Below are positions 53,601-64,000 of a stretch of DNA of 64,000 nt, piece by piece; within the stretch, counting starts at the first letter, position 1, and each line of letters opens with the position of its first letter. Location of the stretch: the NCBI GenBank assembly GCA_965235115.1, contig OZ249436.1:50532001-50596000 (forward strand), in the 5' to 3' direction. Under the pieces are notes generated by a model. The model saw nothing but the letters and a program-made list of their open reading frames with translations, made no database searches and was not told where the DNA came from. This stretch comes from Laetmonice hystrix (taxonomy: Eukaryota). The position numbers and the translations under genes were made by a program.

Positions 53601-56600
53601 AAACAGAAATCTACCCTCATTACTGTGAAGCTGATGTCTATTAAACTGCCTAGAGTATATTTATTATCTAGGCCTAGTCAAATTATACAATGAAAATGTA
53701 ACTTTTGATACATTTAACGTCATACAAGTTTAATTGTTCACACAGCAATGCAGCAACTACATTGTCATAATGAAATAAATCTATGCATATCTGGTACAGC
53801 AACAACAACAATAACAACAACAACAAATATGTAAATAAAATAAATTCATGAGTATTTCTTTATTATGACATTATGCCATCCACATGCATGTTGTAAAATA
53901 GGAACTTTACGCACACAGATTGAGAAGGAACAGTGATTCAGTCATGATCGGCAAGATAAAAAAAGGCTTGGGTAAGAATGATCATGGTTTCTCAGTTGTT
54001 GATAAGATTATACTGATTACAGTAAATCAGATCCTCCTACTGGGCTATTACTGGTGGTAGCTGGCACCTGTGTTATCCCGGGGACCAGCAGCCCCAACAG
54101 GGTACCAAGTTTCCTGGTAACACACGCAGGTGACAGAAATCTAGGCCACTGTGTCAAGGGATGACAGAGTTTCACCCTTCTGAGCCGGGTAGAGACTGAG
54201 GTGAGGTGGGCCTTGTTTCATGTGAGTAAATATATGATATAACACTCGTGTTTGCTGTACCATAGATAGTGTCAAGTACGCGTGTGCTTGGCTACACCCC
54301 AACGCCCTTTCTAATGCCTTAATTCTGGTAATTTTAACATATACGGGGTATTGACAGTAAAGTATACAGCCCAGGTCCCCCACCTAAGTTTATGATGGGG
54401 GAAGTTTCCCCCCCCAAAAAAAAAAAGAACCCAACAAAACAAACAAACCTATAATTAAATTAATTAATTTTATTGACAGTAAAGTATACAGCCCAGGTCC
54501 CCCACCAAAGTTTATGATGGGGGAAGTTTCCCCCCCCCCCAAAAAAAAACCCCAACAAAACAAACAAACCTATAATTAAATAAATTAATTTTTTTAAGCG
54601 GAAGCTCTCATATCATGGTATCATTCCCCCAACAGGTTGCAACGTGGAGGTGCGGAAACCGTTCCACCCGATGTACGTTCAGGTTGGACGGCAGATGGAG
54701 CTGACGTGTGTGGTGACAAACTGTGTGGATGACACAGTGCGCCTTACGTTGGAGTGGTGGAGGCAAACAGTGCGATCACAGTGGTCTGAGACCAAGGTAA
54801 AGTAACCCTCAAGTTCACTGATCACAGTGGTCTGAGACCAAGGTAAGGTAACCCTCAAGTTCACTGATCACAGTGGTCTGAGACCAAGGTAAAGTAACCC
54901 TCAAGTTCACTGATCACAGTGGTCTGAGACCAAGGTAAGGTAACCCTCAAGTTCACTGATCACAGTGGTCTGAGACCAAGGTAAGGTAACCCTCAAGTTC
55001 ACTGATCACAGTGGTCTGAGACCAAGGTAAGGTAACCCTCAAGTTCACTGATCACAGTGGTCTGAGACCAAGGTAAGGTAAAGTTCACTGATCACAGTGG
55101 TCTGAGACCAAGGTAAGGTAAAGTTCACTGATCACAGTGGTCTGAGACCAAGGTAAGGTAACCCTCAAGTTCACTGATCACAGTGGTCTGAGACCAAGGT
55201 AAGGTAACCCTCAAGTTCACTGATCACAGTGGTCTGAGACCAAGGTAAGGTTACCCTCAAGTTCACTGATCACAGTGGTCTGAGACCAAGGTAAGGTAAC
55301 CCTCAAGTTCACTGATCACAGTGGTCTGAGACCAAGGTAAAGTAAAGTTCACTGATCACAGTGGTCTGAGACCAAGGTAAAGTAAAGTTCACTGATCACA
55401 GTGGTCTGAGACCAAGGTAAAGTAACCCTCAAGTTCACTGATCACAGTGGTCTGAGACCAAGGTAAAGTAACCCTCAAGTTCACTGATCACAGTGGTCTG
55501 AGACCAAGGTAAGGTAACCCTCAAGTTCACTGATCACAGTGGTCTGAGACCAAGGTAAAGTAACCCTCAAGTTCACTGATCACAGTGGTCTGAGACCAAG
55601 GTAAGGTAACCCTCAAGTTCACTGATCACAGTGGTCTGAGACCATGGTAAAGTAACCCTCAAGTTCACTAATCACAGTGGTCTGAGACCAAGGTAAGGTA
55701 ACCCTCAAGTTCACTGATCACAGTGGTCTGAGACCAAGGTAAGGTAACCCTCAAGTTCACTGATCAGAGTGGTCTGAGACCAAGGTAAGGTAACCCTCAA
55801 GTTCACTGATCACAGTGGTCTGAGACCAAGGTAAGGTAACCCTTAAGTTCACTGATCACAGTGGTCTGAGACCAAGGTAAGGTAACCCTCAAGTTCACTG
55901 GTCACAGTGGTCTGAGACCAAGGTAAGGTAACCCTCAAGTTCACTGATCACAGTGGTCTGAGACCAAGGTAAGATAACCCTCAAGTTCACTGATCACAGT
56001 GGTCTGAGACCAAGGTAAGGTAACCCTCAAGTTCACTGATCACAGTGGTCTGAGACCAAGGTAAAGTAACCCTCAAGTTCACTGATCACAGTGGTCTGAG
56101 ACCAAGGTAAGGTAACCCTCAAGTTCACTGATCACAGTGGTCTGAGACCAAGGTAAGGTAACCCTCAAGTTCACTGATCACAGTGGTCTGAGACCAAGGC
56201 AAGGTAACCCTCAAGTTCACTGATCACAGTGGTCTGAGACCAAGGCAAGGTAACCCTCAAGTTCACTGATCAGAGTGGTCTGAGACCAAGGTAAGGTAAC
56301 CCTCAAGTTCACTGATCACAGTGGTCTGAGACCAAGGTAAGGTAAAGTTCACTGATCACAGTGGTCTGAGACCAAGGTAAAGTAACCCTCAAGTTCACTG
56401 ATCACAGTGGTCTGAGACCAAGGTAAAGTAACCCTCAAGTTCACTGATCACAGTGGTCTGAGACCAAGGTAAAGTAACCCTCAAGTTCACTGGTCACAGT
56501 GGTCTGAGACCAAGGTAAAGTAACCCTCAAGTTCACTGATCACAGTGGTCTGAGACCAAGGTAAAGTAACCCTCAAGTTCACTGATCACAGTGGTCTGAG

Positions 56601-58028
56601 ACCAAGGTAAGGTAACCCTCAAGTTCACTGATCACAGTGGTCTGAGACCAAGGTAAACATATTCTTTGGACATTTTTTTATAATATAAGCTAGGTGTTAT
56701 TCCACGCACAGATTGGAATTTATCAGAGGCAAGGATTTAACAGTTTTTGAAGATAAGGAGTAGAAACCCTCAGGGATGCTCAATGCGTAGAGATGACATA
56801 GAGGATCAGTGTTTAAGTTTGTAAAGTTTTGTTTTTGGTGATTACAGATCATACCAACCAAAGGCGCCGGTTGGATGACCCGTAACCTTCAGGTGGAACC
56901 GTCTGGTTATACTGAGTCGAAACTCATCAAGGAAAGGTTGGAGCTCAGTGACCGAGGCTGGTACCTATGTAAGGACTCAGAAAACATCAACTCCTACTCC
57001 ATCTGGGTCACCACTCTCAAGAGTAAGGACCTTGTTGTTCACACTGAAGGTTACGACGAGTTAGGACAAGGAGGAACTCTGTAACTAACCGATTGATTAT
57101 GTTTGGGAGTATATATAAGAAGTTACCAGTACAAAGGGCACTGATGAGAGTTAAAGGACTTCTTTCTGTTGTAGTTCTTCACACGGCCGACATTCAGTTG
57201 ATTGAATCATCCACCAATGACTTGACGTTGGTTTGTAACATCACTGGGCTTGACTCCAATATACCCCACATAGAGTACGTGTGGTACTTCGGCGACCTAG
57301 AGGTCGTCAACGTAACAGACAGGTTCACGCTAGGGGAGGCTTCCAATGCACGCATGAGTCTCACTATACACAAGCCAAGTGAGTGAGGGGCATAATAATT
57401 TTACTTGGGGTTTTTAAGATTTTCATAAATCATAATGGTAATATAGTTTGGGTAAGCAGTGGAGAGTTTCTAAAGTTAATATGATAATGTTCCAGGAAGG
57501 GCAGACGGGGGTATCTACAAATGTGCTTTCATATTGGGCACTTATCTAAAGTTTTGATAATGTTCCAGGAAGGGCAGACGGGGGTATCTACAAATGTGCT
57601 TTTCATATTGGGCACTTATCTAAAGTTAATATGATAATGTTCCAGGAAGGGCAGACGGGGGTATCTACAAATGTGCTTTCATATTGGGCACTTTTCTAAA
57701 GTTAATATGATAATGTTCCAGGAAGGGCAGACGGGGGTACCTACAAATGTGCTTTCATATTGGGCACTAACTTAGGGCCAGTCACGTTCACCGAGGGTAT
57801 CTCTGTCAATGGTAAGTACTCAACTTAACTACTTTATCTCTTATCGCATCAAATGATGGCCAAACTAAGCAGGATCATATCTTCATTGTGACATTATGAT
57901 CAATATGTGTTTCAGCTGATGCCATCGAGGTGTCTCGGACAAGTAGTGTGGTTCCTCTAATGTCCGTTACGGTACTGGTACAAGCTGCTGTGACGATCCT
58001 TACAACACTCAACACTGATCACCTATAG
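47602..58028 (+). CDS. Two-Ig-domain secreted or GPI-anchored cell-surface protein, 6 coding exons, 263 aa
   Basis: join(47602..47650,54636..54796,56848..57022,57175..57378,57722..57811,57916..58028), 792 nt, phases 1,0,1,1,1. Signal peptide MPLWLLCFFMWLTLSYG; Ig1 LTC..LEWW..DRGWYLC; Ig2 LVC..YVWYF..DGGTYKC; hydrophobic tail VVPLMSVTVLVQAAVTILTTL. Confidence 0.85.
51681..53389. repeat. 74-bp minisatellite, about 23 copies
   Basis: Unit ctgtgggagtgtggagtcattgggctgtggacaatacagaacttgcctgtatgttgtctgagtccatccactca, with +2 and +4 variants. Confidence 0.95.
54348..54592. repeat. About 122-bp tandem duplication just upstream of the Ig exon 2 acceptor
   Basis: tattgacagtaaagtatacagcccaggtcccccac...aattaatttt occurs twice. 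Confidence 0.9.
54636..54796 (+). CDS. Ig gene exon 2, first half of Ig1
   Basis: cccccaacag| (G)CNVEVRKPFHPMYVQVGRQMELTCVVTNCVDDTVRLTLEWWRQTVRSQWSETK |gtaaag (first copy of the 46-bp array). Confidence 0.87.
54774..56657 (+). repeat. 46-bp (and 40-bp variant) minisatellite, about 42 copies, containing the Ig exon-2 splice donor
   Basis: Unit gatcacagtggtctgagaccaag|gtaargtaaccctcaagttcact; first GT at 54797, last at 56653 (36x46 + 5x40). Confidence 0.95.
56848..57022 (+). CDS. Ig gene exon 3, second half of Ig1
   Basis: gattacag| IIPTKG...LELSDRGWYLCKDSENINSYSIWVTTLK A|gtaagg. Confidence 0.88.
57175..57378 (+). CDS. Ig gene exon 4, first part of Ig2
   Basis: ctgttgtag| LHTADIQ...LTLVCNITG...YVWYFG...MSLTIHKP A|gtgagt. 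Confidence 0.88.
57467..57768 (+). repeat. About 76-bp repeat x4 containing the Ig exon-5 acceptor and 47 nt of the exon
   Basis: AG ends at 57495, 57568, 57645 and 57721. Confidence 0.93.
57722..57811 (+). CDS. Ig gene exon 5, end of Ig2 (RRADGGTYKCAFILGTNLGPVTFTEGISVN)
   Basis: gttccag| (last of 4 tandem copies) and G|gtaagt; DxGxYxC motif. Confidence 0.87.
57916..58028 (+). CDS. Ig gene exon 6, hydrophobic C-terminal tail
   Basis: gtgtttcag| (A)DAIEVSRTSSVVPLMSVTVLVQAAVTILTTLNTDHL TAG; AATAAA at 58228. Confidence 0.8.
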
Positions 58029-58891
58029 CAAAGATCTACCTTAGGAGGTGCTTTATAATACTACTTACTGGATAAAGATCTGTTTTTGTATATAGATACC
58101 TGTACATCTTTGTAAATGCTGATGTTTTCTTCAAAGATGTACACAAATGATATTCTTTACAAGGGAAACGTATTGCCACAGTTTATCTACCATTGACTGG
58201 CCTCAGCATGGGCCAGGATAAACAAATAATAAACTACGTTTGAGTTATGTAGTTAAATCTAACGTGTAAATACAATTATAAAATGTTATTTATATCTTTG
58301 TATGATCAAAGAGTACTATTCCATTTTGTTACTGACGTAGATGACAGTGATTTCGGCACGTTAGATGTCAGGAGTTACAACAATTTGTTATTTTGCTGTA
58401 TGATAGCAGATTATCGGAAGATTAGATCTGATTTAGGATTCTGGAGAGAAGAGCCGTCTAATAATTGTTGTTGATGACCTTTGATGTCCAACATCAGTAT
58501 GAGATGTTTCTAATCGAAGACTGTATGTATAAATGACGATATTTCTAATATTTCTATACGGAATGAATGAATTTGCGTGCTTAGACTCTGCCAAACTCTG
58601 CCATCATTGATTTTCCAAGTCCGCGTATAGAATGTCAGTATATGACAGTAGAATCAATTATATAGAAAGTTATTTGGTTGATGTTCATGAACAAAACGTT
58701 TACAATTTTTTTTTTCATTACCTACCTTCGTAACCAGCAGCCTTCCATTCACTCCTATGTTAACTTAACGATCTGGTTATTAACCAGCCTTTAGTGAGAC
58801 GGGCCCCAGGATAACTTTGACCGTTGATGATAGGTTTTGGTAAGCTGTAGTGGTCAGTTTCCCTTTCTTTGCAGTAATTTAAAACAACGTA

Positions 58892-60474
58892 TTATTAGCC
58901 CCCACAACGGGGGGCTTATAATTCGACCTCCGTCCGTCCGTCCGTACGGCCGTCCGTCCGTCCGTCCGTATGTCCGTAGACAGCGATTTCTCAGAAGTGT
59001 ATGGGTCGATTTCTTTGAAACTTCACACAAGGATCAGGGATGAACTGAGGATGATGCACGTCAAACAGATTTTTGATATCATTCAAAATGGCCGCTTGGC
59101 GGCCATCTTGGATGTAAACACATTTTGAGCAATAACTCAGCCAAAACAATCACGATTTCTTTCAAACATGGTGCAGGGATGAGGCATAATGAGGGCCAAT
59201 ATGCATCACAATAAAATTTCAATTCAGATCCAAAATGGCGACATGGCGGCCATATTTGTTTCTTGACCCCCACAATGACACTGTTTTGGCTTATATCTTG
59301 AAAACGGTGCAAGATGACGCAATAGTTACTGTTATTGATAGATAGGAAGTCATATATGACGTTTCATTTGGCGCCATTTTCGATGACCTTGAGCGACCTT
59401 GAAAGGTCAATCAAGGTCATGCATATTTTCAATAGCCTGGATCTTCAAAACAGTTAAAGATAACGACATAATCTTGCAAGAAACATTACATAATGATCCG
59501 GGACAGTCCACAGATGAGGCAGGTCAAAGATATTTTTGACATCAGTCAAAATGGCCGCGTGGTGGCCATCTTGGATGTAAACACATTTGGAGTAATAACT
59601 CAGACAAAACGATCCCGATTTCTTTCAAATTTGGTGGAAAGAAGGTGTATATGAGGGGCAATGTATATGCCAATGTATTGCTAGATCAGAGGAAATATGG
59701 CGACATGGCGGCCATATTAATATTTCCCCCCCATAACACTGTATTGGCTCATATCTCGAAAACGGTGCAAGATAAGGCAATAGTTATTATTATTGATAGA
59801 TAGGAAGTCCTATATGAAGTTTCATTTGGCGTCATTTTCCATGACCTTGAGCGACCTTGAAAGGTCAATCAAGGTCATGCATATTTTAATGGCCTGTACC
59901 TCCAAACCAGTTGAAAATAACAACATCTAATCTTGCATGAAACATTACATAATAACCAGGGACAGTCTAAGGAGGACACAGGTCAAATATATCATTAAAA
60001 ATGGCTGCTTGGTGGCCATCTTGGATTTAAAGAAATTCGAAGCAATAACTCTGACATTTTCTGGATTTCGTTCTTGCTGACAGAATGCATGAGGGGCAAC
60101 AAGCGTGCCAAAAGTACGCATAGTTCCTGGACCCACAGATAATTTGTCCCTACTCAGTTGGTTCACGCCAGATAACGCTATCAAACTGTACATAACTGAC
60201 CTCTAAAGGTCAATCGAGGTCAAGCATATCTACAAAACACTTGACGTCGGATAACACTATCAAACTGTACATAACTGCATAGTTATTGCAGACACATGCA
60301 TCTTTACGCCGGATAACGCTATCAAGCTGTACATAACTGCATAGAACTTAACTAAGTTTATGAAGTTTCATTTGACAATATTTTCTTTGCCCTTCAAAGA
60401 TCAATTGAAGTCGTGCATCGTTTTTTCAAGAATCCATAGTTCGTGGTGGGGGCTATAAGCTTCACAAGCTTGTT
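58892..60474 (+). mobile_element. Second HINE/DINE-1-like element
   Basis: TT, agcccccac...ggggggct hairpin, (GTCC)n microsatellite, ~460-bp internal repeats (aaaatggccgc..ggccatcttggat x3), 3' subTIR gtgggggct, aagctt-cac-aagctt stem-loop and poly-T. Confidence 0.75.
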
Positions 60475-63400
60475 TTTTTTTATTCTTTGGATATGGTACT
60501 TCTTCCACAGAGCACAAATACGGACGTACATAGTGTGATATTACTTAGATGACATCCAGTGTAGAGCCGATCATATTTGAAAGTACAGGGACATGTAGTT
60601 AGATCTAAGATGTATTCAAGATGAAACGTTTGCTGTTAAAATGACAGGAATGTCAGTGATATATTTCATGATCTGCGTATTTCTACCTGTGCTGAATGCT
60701 GCCAGTTAAGATAATATGTTGACATATCTAAACAAATTTATGATCCATAGAAGATTTCCAAAATAAGACTTGTTTGTTATAGATTCGGTATTAGTGTTGG
60801 TTCAAGATGCGAGTTTTACATAGCATGGAAGATGCGTAACAGGCATAGGTGGGAGTTTGAATTCGATGTATTAAGTAAGCAGGATGCTGCCATGTAGCAT
60901 CACAAATCACTATATTCATAACCACAGTAACGTATATTCAGTGACTGCCACTGTGGTACATGGTGATGCTTGTCAAATTCTGTTGAACCAAAGAGAGTGT
61001 AGTGGAAGGAAATGTTCTGAATTATTGTATGTGCAATATTTTGTTGACCTACTCTGGAACCTTGGAAGTGGAGCAGACTTTAATGTTGCTGAAGCTGTGC
61101 TGTGGATACTGCGCGAACAAATTGTATGTTAAATACTGGCGTAGACTTCCTCCAAATGTTCTGTCTCAGCCTCACCTGTGAGGTTTGTAATAATGTCCAT
61201 TGTAACTCTGGTCTCAGTACTGGTGCTGCCATCTGGTGGTTAATCATATAACGACGAATACGGCGTGCAGAGCGCCAATATAATCGCTTCTCCAGCTACA
61301 GTTGACGTCCTTACGTCACCACAGAAAAAATAAGGTTTTAAAACGTCTAACTCAGTAGTACGTACTGAAGTTGACTTCTCTCAGAGATAATATGTAAGAC
61401 TCTGATGACTTAATCTTTTTAACTACCTCAGGTAAATCTGAAATCTGCTACAATAAACTGTATGTTACATACAGGCAGTATTCACCATGGGTGTATTGTA
61501 CATCATGTATCTAATCTTTTATACTTTGATAAATTAATGTTACAGCCGAAAGGTTTCATTGTCCCAAGGCAAAGGGTGTTAATCTTGTTACAGTGATTAA
61601 TTTGTGTTAAGTGTCACAAAATGGTACAACACGAACCATTAGGAAGTAGAAAACAAAGCCTTGAGAAATCTTTGTTTGGGCATTATAAGTTGACGAATTC
61701 AAGTAAAAGGATTTGTAGGAGTTAGCGCATGATAATAATGATGTCCATTCTGTGGTGAAGTAGTGCGACGTATGTCCAACATGGCAGTTTGTGGGTTTGC
61801 ACGTGTTTAAGTCATGTTGATGTAACAAGACGTCAGAAGTGTGGTGGCTTTATATGTCTTTGCATACAAAAAGGATAAATAACATTAATATGAAATGTCC
61901 ACAAAGGTCGAAATGGATGTAAAAATGGATATGTTTTTACCCCAGTTTCAAGTTTTATTGAGAGGTCAATAGAAGACTGAACTGACGTAAAAATATACAA
62001 AGGGAATGAGGATATCCAATGTTACAATGCTGCATGTATATTTGTTGAGTGACTGGAGATGATTGTGATGTTAGATAAAGAATCAACAGTTGGAGGGAGT
62101 AGGAGACGTTACTAGATGTAACAAGGTGTAACCGATGGAAACAGTTGGTGTAGTATAGCAAGGGTCAGCATGGACTTCGTTCCTTATTCAAGCAGGGTTC
62201 CCATGACGACGTGGTATAATAGGCGACCCTTGGATATAGCTATATTATATATCGCTGATGCATGCTGCCCCAAACAATATAAAGATTTCTCCATGTGTTA
62301 AAGTTGTCATCATTCCATGTAGGGTAATGAAATCGGTTAAAAAGTCGCGCGTGACGTCATGTTGTGCAGACGTTAAGTCCATACAGAGTTATAGTGCAGG
62401 CATGAGTGCTGTGAGCGGTAGTATTTGTGTCGTAATAGACGCAGTATTTGGACATGGTTGATTATACAAGGATGTGTATTGTACTCAGTTTATAACTAGT
62501 CGGTTTGGAAAGAAATGGGAAACATGCAGAGGTAATGGAACATTAACTGTAAGAGACGGTGTTTTGTTACTGATATTATTTATAGCGACAGTGATATGAC
62601 TCTTGTCATTATTGCTATTCTCATTGATACTGTCTTGGAAAAGTTCAAACCAAGGTGGCCTATATGTCTTCATAACCATAGCTTTCTACGAAACTAAGTG
62701 TTGGGAGTGGCAAACTTGTGTGTCAAACACAATGGCAAATAGGCCCTCTCATGAGAACAAAAATCTATATTGTGACGCTGACCTGTCTCTGTTAATGTAT
62801 GCCATGTGTTCGATAATCAGAGTCACGTAAACAGAGGAGTCCCACACCAAACATCAAAAATTTCGTACATAATTTGCGCCGCCAAGAACAGGTACAGATA
62901 TATGGAGGGATATAAACAAGCAATCCCTCAAGTTTCCCAATAAAAGTTCTTGGATAACGTAGAGGAATTGGTCTTTTGAGTTGTTTTGTTGCAGTCGCCA
63001 AACAGGCAGAGTCCGCCGCGGCCTTCGAAAGAATGTAATTTTCTGTATCATTTCGTCAAGGAAATGGCAATAACAATGAATTAAATCCGAAGAATTTTAA
63101 TGAAATATTAATTTTGAAATTAATGTGCCTTCAGGTGATTCCAAGTGAAAGATCTTCGCCTAAATGAGGGCGATTAGAAAGTGAAAGGGATAACTCGGGA
63201 ACCAAATTACAAGCAATCCTTTAGATCCCATTATAATATACATGATGTAGTTAGTCGCCACTCAAAATCTCTTTCCTGGAGAAGGCTGTAACTCAAAATC
63301 TTCACTCGGGGTGTACCGCTAGTTGGAATCTTTTAAAAATAATTATTGGTCCTCAGGGGGACACTGGGTTACTAGACCAGTTGCTCATCGCCTTGCTTCA

Positions 63401-64000
63401 ACCACCCTGCCATTACGTACTGCGCCCACTGAATGTTTTCACTGTTTTCGTCGCGAGAATACCCTTCAATGCCAACACGGGGTGTAGCAACCAATTCTGT
63501 CATTTTTACCTTTTGTCACAGGTGACCACTTTTGTCACACAAAATGCCCACTTTTGTCACAGGTCACCACTTTTGTCATACAAAATACCCACTTTTGTCA
63601 CAGGTCACAACATCGCCCACTTTTGTCGTTCACCTTAGTCATAATTTTTGACCGATTTTTTCAAACTTGTCAATGCCAAAAAAGACAGCATGGCAGAAAT
63701 GAGATGGTTTACGGATATAGCTACAGATAGCTCCTTCATGAACAAACAATAATCAAGTGATTAATTAACCATCGGGCATAATTTATTGAATTACTGTATG
63801 AAAGTAAGCAAGATCTGTGGTGTAAATACAGTAGGTGAAAGATATGCCCGTATATGCACTCCTCTAATAAATTCTTGTTCTATAAATACCAGGTCGTGGT
63901 TTCTATTGTCCAGGTTTGTTTGTAACACCTCACGCCGGTGACTTTGTGCGTCAGTCATTCAGTTACAGTCAACAGTTTTACCTGTATGACACCGCCAGAC

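Noticed and set aside
62600..63050. Possible LINE C-terminal remnant on the minus strand (RRKLCTKF..., PLC)
   Set aside because: Only vague motif resemblance; not supportable by eye.

Overview
Eukaryotic (animal) genomic DNA. The SINE and Helentron-type repeats suggest an invertebrate, possibly a mollusc or other lophotrochozoan (inference). Two spliced + strand genes were rebuilt by hand with GT-AG junctions and matching phases. Gene 1 is a 15-exon ankyrin-repeat and death-domain gene of the ANKDD1A/B type (CDS 2835..43691, about 743 aa) with a long Ser/Pro/Arg-rich N-terminal extension and a C-terminal CaaX-like CRVS. Gene 2 is a 6-exon gene for a two-Ig-domain protein (CDS 47602..58028, 263 aa) with a signal peptide and a hydrophobic GPI-like tail. 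Introns and flanks hold about 13 minisatellites, two Helentron-associated (HINE/DINE-1-like) elements, SINEs, MITEs and microsatellites. The most striking feature is that four independent minisatellites are amplified exon-intron junctions: three acceptor arrays (9, 19 and 4 copies) and one donor array (about 42 copies). In each array only the copy abutting the unique exon body gives a full-length protein; every other copy leads to a premature stop. No prokaryotic genes, CRISPR arrays or rRNA were seen.
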